This document shows positions 25,556-29,997 of a DNA stretch of 29,997 bases, one piece after another. The position numbers and the translations under genes were made by a program. Under the pieces are notes generated by a model that was not told the origin of the DNA, did no database searches, and saw nothing but the letters and a program-made list of their open reading frames with translations. Numbering within the stretch: position 1 is the first letter of the stretch; every line of letters starts with the position of its first letter. Origin of the DNA: Chthoniobacterales bacterium (GTDB lineage Bacteria > Verrucomicrobiota > Verrucomicrobiia > Chthoniobacterales > Chthoniobacteraceae); NCBI GenBank assembly GCA_038207335.1, contig JBBQZX010000040.1, positions 1 to 29,997 on the forward strand, in the 5' to 3' direction.

Positions 25556-26878
25556 TCATTTCCCGATGCAAAATGTGCTGAAGATTTTCCCGAGCACATC
25601 CTCCGGACCCACGCGCCCGACGACCTCGCCAATAGAAGCCATCGCGCCGCGCAATTCCTCCGCGACGAACTCCGGCGACAGCCCGCTCACCAGCCCAGCG
25701 CGCGCGGCATCGCAATCCGCGAGCGCGCGCGAAAGGCACGCATGATGCCGCGCATTGATCGCCACGGACCAATCGCGTCGCGCCGTTTCGCCACCGACGA
25801 TTCTCGTCAAGATTGCATCTTCGAGTTGCTCGATTCCCACCCGGTCGCGGCACGAAATGCACACCGCCTCAACCCCGCGCCAGCTCTCGTGCTCGCCGAG
25901 GTCGTGCTTGTTCAAAACGAGGAGGCTCTCCGCGCTCAGGCGTTCGTCGCGCGGTGCGCTGCCGTCCGCGATTTCCAATACCAAATCCGCGCGTTCAAGT
26001 TGTCGCCGTGTGCGCTCCATTCCCTCGCGCTCGATCTCGTCGGACGAGTCGCGCAAGCCCGCCGTATCGACGAGCCGCAGCGGAATGCCGCGCAAGTCGA
26101 TCACTTCCTCGATCACGTCGCGCGTCGTGCCGGGGCGCGCGTTCACGATCGCGCGCTCGTAGCCCAGCAGCAGATTTAGCAGCGACGATTTCCCCACATT
26201 TGGCGCGCCGCAAATTACCGTCCGCACCCCCTCGCGCAGCACCCTCCCCCGACCCGCCGTCGCGAGCAGCGACTGCGTCTCCGCCCGCATGGTGTCTAGC
26301 TTTGCGAGCAGCGCCTCGCCGGTGTCTGGGTCGATGTCTTCATCCGGGAAGTCGATGAATGCCTCGATGTGCGCGAGCAATTCCAGCAGCCCTTCGCGCA
26401 GCGCGCGGATCCGCTCGCCGAGCCGGCCCTCGAGCTGCTCGGTCGCGGCGCGCAGCGCGAGATCGGTCTGCGCGGAGATGAGGTCCATCACCGCCTCGGC
26501 CTGCGTGAGGTCCATCTTCCCATTCAAAAATGCGCGCTGTGTGAACTCGCCCGGCAGCGCGGCGCGCGCCCCATTCGCCAGCACCAGGTCGAGCACACGC
26601 CGCGCGACCAGCACTCCGCCGTGCCCATTGATCTCCACGACATCCTCGCCGGTGTAGCTCCTCGGCGCGCGGTGCACCGACAGCAACACGTCGTCGAGCT
26701 TAACCTCATCGGAGAAAATCGCGCCAAACTGCTGCACGCGCGACGGCAGTTCACTCGCCCGTCTCTGCGCGCGAAAAACCGCGTCGGCAATCCCCAGCGA
26801 GTCCGGCCCGCTCAGGCGGATAATCGCGATCGCGCCCTCACCGAACGCGGTCGAAATGGCAGCAATCGTGTCGCTCAC
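25556..26878 (-). CDS. mnmE: tRNA modification GTPase MnmE
   Basis: DTIAAIST, SYTGED, GAPNVGKSS, GTTRD, DTAGLR and C-terminal FCIGK. GTG start overlaps the hisC stop. Confidence 0.96.
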   Translation of the reverse strand: MSDTIAAISTAFGEGAIAIIRLSGPDSLGIADAVFRAQRRASELPSRVQQFGAIFSDEVKLDDVLLSVHRAPRSYTGEDVVEINGHGGVLVARRVLDLVLANGARAALPGEFTQRAFLNGKMDLTQAEAVMDLISAQTDLALRAATEQLEGRLGERIRALREGLLELLAHIEAFIDFPDEDIDPDTGEALLAKLDTMRAETQSLLATAGRGRVLREGVRTVICGAPNVGKSSLLNLLLGYERAIVNARPGTTRDVIEEVIDLRGIPLRLVDTAGLRDSSDEIEREGMERTRRQLERADLVLEIADGSAPRDERLSAESLLVLNKHDLGEHESWRGVEAVCISCRDRVGIEQLEDAILTRIVGGETARRDWSVAINARHHACLSRALADCDAARAGLVSGLSPEFVAEELRGAMASIGEVVGRVGPEDVLGKIFSTFCIGK

Positions 26879-27993
26879 GCGGGCACCGCGAGTGCGTCGT
26901 GAGCCGCGAGATGGACGCGCAGCTCAGCCATGAATCGCTCGTTCTGGGCGCGCGTGCCGATCGAAACGCGAATCCATTCGGGCAGTCCGTAGGCGGTCAT
27001 GTCGCGGACGATCACGCCCTTTTTCAGCAGCGACTGGAATACGGCTTTCCCGTCGCCCACCCGCACCAGCACAAAGTTCGCGAAGCTCGGCACGAATTCC
27101 AAACCGAGCGCGGCGAACTCCGCCTGCATCCAATCGCGGCCAGCGATCGTGAGTTCGCGCGTCTTGCGCTGATGCTCTTCGTCGGCGAGTCCCGCGAGCG
27201 CGCCGGCCTGCGCGATACCGTTCGCATTGAAGGGCTGGCGGGTCTTTTGCAGCGCAGAGATCAGCTCGGGATTTGCGAGGCCGTATCCGATGCGGAGATT
27301 CGCGAGACCCTGGATTTTCGAGAATGTCCGCAGCACCACGACATTCCGCCCTTCGCGGACATATCGGAGCACATCGGGCGGATTTTCGAGAAACTCGAAA
27401 TATGCCTCGTCGAACACGACGACAACATGCTCCGGCACCTTTGCCATGAAGCGGTCGATCTCCTCTTGCGAGACAAGCGTGCCGGTCGGGTTGTTCGGAT
27501 TCGCGATGAAAATCTCGCGCGTGCGCTGCGTGATGGCGGCGGCCATCGCGTCGAGGTCGTGAGCAAATCCGGGGTCGTCCACCTCGACCGTCGTCGCGCC
27601 AAAAAGCGCAGCCATGAGCTTGTAAACGACGAACGCGTGGCGTGCCGTAATGATCTCATCTCCGGGCTTCAGAAATGCGTGGCCGATGAACTCGATCACC
27701 TCGTTCGAGCCGCAGCCGAGGATCACGTTTTCGCGCTTCAGGCCGAGCTTCGCGGCGATCGCCTCGCGGAGATAAAAACCGCCGCCATCGGGATAAAAGT
27801 GCGACCGCTCCAGCGCCTCGCGCATCGCCACCAAAGCCTTTGGCGACGGACCCAGCGGGTTTTCGTTCGAGGCAAGCTTGATGATTTCCTCGGGCCGCAG
27901 TCCGAGTTCGCGCGCCACGTCCTCGATGGGTTTTCCGGGCTCATAGGAGACGAGTTCGCGGAGCCACGGGTGGGCGATATTCCAGATCGACAT
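26875..27993 (-). CDS. hisC: Histidinol-phosphate aminotransferase
   Basis: YEPGKP, KLASNENP, NPNNPTG, DEAY and RTFSKIQGLANLRIGY. Confidence 0.93.
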   Translation of the reverse strand: MSIWNIAHPWLRELVSYEPGKPIEDVARELGLRPEEIIKLASNENPLGPSPKALVAMREALERSHFYPDGGGFYLREAIAAKLGLKRENVILGCGSNEVIEFIGHAFLKPGDEIITARHAFVVYKLMAALFGATTVEVDDPGFAHDLDAMAAAITQRTREIFIANPNNPTGTLVSQEEIDRFMAKVPEHVVVVFDEAYFEFLENPPDVLRYVREGRNVVVLRTFSKIQGLANLRIGYGLANPELISALQKTRQPFNANGIAQAGALAGLADEEHQRKTRELTIAGRDWMQAEFAALGLEFVPSFANFVLVRVGDGKAVFQSLLKKGVIVRDMTAYGLPEWIRVSIGTRAQNERFMAELRVHLAAHDALAVPA

Positions 27994-28038
27994 AAGGCGG
28001 CGGACTATGGCGCGCGGCGGCGGGATTTCCAGCCTGCG

Positions 28039-29997
28039 TTACGGCTTCACAATCGCGATGACGGAGGGCTGATCGGCGAAGTATTTCTTCGCGACGCGGC
28101 GCACTTCTTCGAGCGTGACGGCCTCGACCTCGCGGCGCAGCTCGCGGTAGTGCAGCGCGCCGAGGCCGTAGAGCTCATCCAGCGCGGTGCTGTATGCGAA
28201 TGCGTCGTTGCTTTGATTCCGAATGTCCTGCGCCCCGAGCATCTTTTCCTTTGCCCGAGCCAGTTCTGGGGCGGTGAGGCCGTTCTCGGCGAGGTTGCGA
28301 ATTTCGTCGAGCAGCGCGGCACGCACTGCCGTGATTTTCAGCGGATCGGTACCGAGATAGAAAACGAACGGGCCGCGCGCGAGGCCCATCATGTGGCTGC
28401 TGCCGACGAAATACGCGAGGCCGAGTTCCTCGCGGATTCGGACAAAAAAGCGGGAACCGAGATCGCTCGAAGCCTCGTCGATCAGTTCCAGCGCGGCGCG
28501 GTCCGGGCTGAACAAATCGGCGCCGTGAAAGCCGACCATGAGGATGGCCTGCGCCTTGTCGCGCGTGTCGAATGCCTCGACCGATTCGGCAAGCGGTGCG
28601 GGCTGCGGAGGCTGTGCCAGAGCGGGTTCGCCGGGTGCGAGACCTCCGAGCGCGCTCTCGACGAGCACCATCACCTCGGCGGCTTTGACGTTTCCGAAAA
28701 CCGCGATGACGCCATTTTTCCCGGCGATGTGGCGGTCGCGAAACGCGAGGAGATCGGCGCGAGAAATCGAGCCGACCGACTCCGGCGTGCCGAGCGCGTG
28801 CAGCGCATACGGATGCCCCGGCAGCAGATGCGCGCGGAGCAAATGACGCGCGACGGTGGTGACCTCTTCGTCCTGGGCTTTGATCCCCGCGAGCTGCGCT
28901 TCTTTTTCGCGAACGATCGCCTTCTCCGGGATCGTCGCGTGCAGCAGCACGTCGCCGAGGAGTTCGAGCCCGAGAGCGAGATCGGGCTGCATGGCGCGCA
29001 CTGCGAGCGTGATGCTGTTGTTCCCGGCGTCGCTGGAAATGCTGCCGCCGACACGCTCGATCTGCTCGGCGATCTGCTCCGCCGTGCGGGTCGCGGTGCC
29101 TTTCAGCAGTGTCTTTGCGAGCAGCCGCGTGATGCCGTTGTCCGCCTCGGACTCGGCGAGAAGGCCGGCTTTGAATGTCGCAAGGAGAGAAACGAGCGGG
29201 AGGCGAGGGTCTTCGCGGACCAGCAAACGGAGCCCGTTCGCGAGTTCAAAATTCTGAATCTCGCCAGCCTCCGCGATCGTCACCGGCGTGCTGGTTTGCG
29301 CGAGCGAGCCGAGCGGATTGAGCGAAGTGATCGTGAGATTTCCAGCTGTGAGATATTTCTCCGCAACACGCCGAATGTCGGCGGCGGTGATCCGCTGGAT
29401 CGCGTCGAGATACACGCGGGAGAAATTGACGTTGCGCGTGAGAAGCCAGTTGGCGCCTAGATCGGATGCCTTTCCGCGCATCGTCGTGAGCTCGTGGAAC
29501 TGCTGGCTTAGCGCTCCCTTCTTCGCCTTGTCGAGTTCGTCGGCCCGCACCTCGGCGGTGCGAAATTCGGCGATCATTCGCAGCGTCTCCGTCTCGACTT
29601 GCGCTCGCTTTTCAGGATCGAGCACGGCATCGACTCCGAAGATGCCGGGCTGGCTCGAGGCGTAGCACCACGCGTCGGCGCCGTGAACGAGGCCGAGTTC
29701 CTCGCGCATCCGCAGATACAGCCGCGAGCTGCGGCCGGAGCCGAGGATCGCGGCGAGCAGGTCGAGCGCGGGCACGTCGGGGTGCGTGAGCTCCGGGATG
29801 TGCCAGGAGATGTGGAGGCGCGTGAGCTCCGTCGCGAATTCCGCGTGATGTTCGCGCCGGCCGAGCTGCGGCGGCTCCGGCGGGATGAACGTCGGCGGCA
29901 GCGACTTGCGCGGACTTTTCTCGAAAAGAGCGGTGAGCTGCGCGCGGACCTGCGCGGCATCCACGTCGCCGACCACGACGAAGAACGTGTTATTCGG
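28039..29997 (-). CDS. M16 (pitrilysin-family) zinc peptidase, fused two-half type, 5' end outside window
   Basis: The frame is open to the edge (PNNTFFVVVGD...). Motifs GRSSRLY, a second half starting FELANGLRLLVRED, and SRFFVRIREELGLAY. The HxxEH motif would lie upstream, outside the window. Confidence 0.9.
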   Translation of the reverse strand, partial: PNNTFFVVVGDVDAAQVRAQLTALFEKSPRKSLPPTFIPPEPPQLGRREHHAEFATELTRLHISWHIPELTHPDVPALDLLAAILGSGRSSRLYLRMREELGLVHGADAWCYASSQPGIFGVDAVLDPEKRAQVETETLRMIAEFRTAEVRADELDKAKKGALSQQFHELTTMRGKASDLGANWLLTRNVNFSRVYLDAIQRITAADIRRVAEKYLTAGNLTITSLNPLGSLAQTSTPVTIAEAGEIQNFELANGLRLLVREDPRLPLVSLLATFKAGLLAESEADNGITRLLAKTLLKGTATRTAEQIAEQIERVGGSISSDAGNNSITLAVRAMQPDLALGLELLGDVLLHATIPEKAIVREKEAQLAGIKAQDEEVTTVARHLLRAHLLPGHPYALHALGTPESVGSISRADLLAFRDRHIAGKNGVIAVFGNVKAAEVMVLVESALGGLAPGEPALAQPPQPAPLAESVEAFDTRDKAQAILMVGFHGADLFSPDRAALELIDEASSDLGSRFFVRIREELGLAYFVGSSHMMGLARGPFVFYLGTDPLKITAVRAALLDEIRNLAENGLTAPELARAKEKMLGAQDIRNQSNDAFAYSTALDELYGLGALHYRELRREVEAVTLEEVRRVAKKYFADQPSVIAIVKP

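Noticed and set aside
26899..29460. 853-aa plus-strand ORF
   Set aside because: Antisense shadow of hisC and the M16 peptidase, with no recognisable domain.
1..29997. CRISPR arrays, tRNA/rRNA genes and IS elements
   Set aside because: Intergenic gaps are short, and no regularly spaced repeats, cloverleaf motifs or transposase frames were seen.

Overview
A high-GC chromosomal window, most likely from a Verrucomicrobiota (Chthoniobacterales-like) organism. This is inferred from gene content: an excisionase-HTH/REC regulator, an A|FTLIELL pilin-like protein, PVC-type hypotheticals and attC style. 1-9760: a surface-glycosylation locus with five GT-C-fold (ArnT/PMT-like) membrane glycosyltransferases (one HPDE type and four paralogues of a shared D-x-x-x-Y/QHxxG/EH subfamily), a GT2 polyprenol-phosphate glycosyltransferase, a GtrA-family flippase and an HTH_17-REC regulator translationally coupled to gtrA. 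9916-12048: a PmtA-like lipid methyltransferase and fumC. About 12050-13400: a small decayed island with one clear and one probable integron-cassette remnant (GTT core sites, broken signal-peptide ORFs, half attC) around a 5'-truncated gene. 13452-29997: mostly housekeeping genes, namely larA, accA, a LysM/YkuD-like protein lacking catalytic residues, an alpha/beta hydrolase, a pilin-like protein, a zinc-ribbon membrane protein, a D-2-hydroxyacid dehydrogenase, a phosphoglucomutase, lnt, pyrD, mnmE, hisC and a partial M16 peptidase. Many genes lack a Shine-Dalgarno motif and have sigma70-like promoters within about 10 nt of the start codon. No rRNA, tRNA, CRISPR array, transposase or integrase was seen. 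All calls were made by eye, without database searches.
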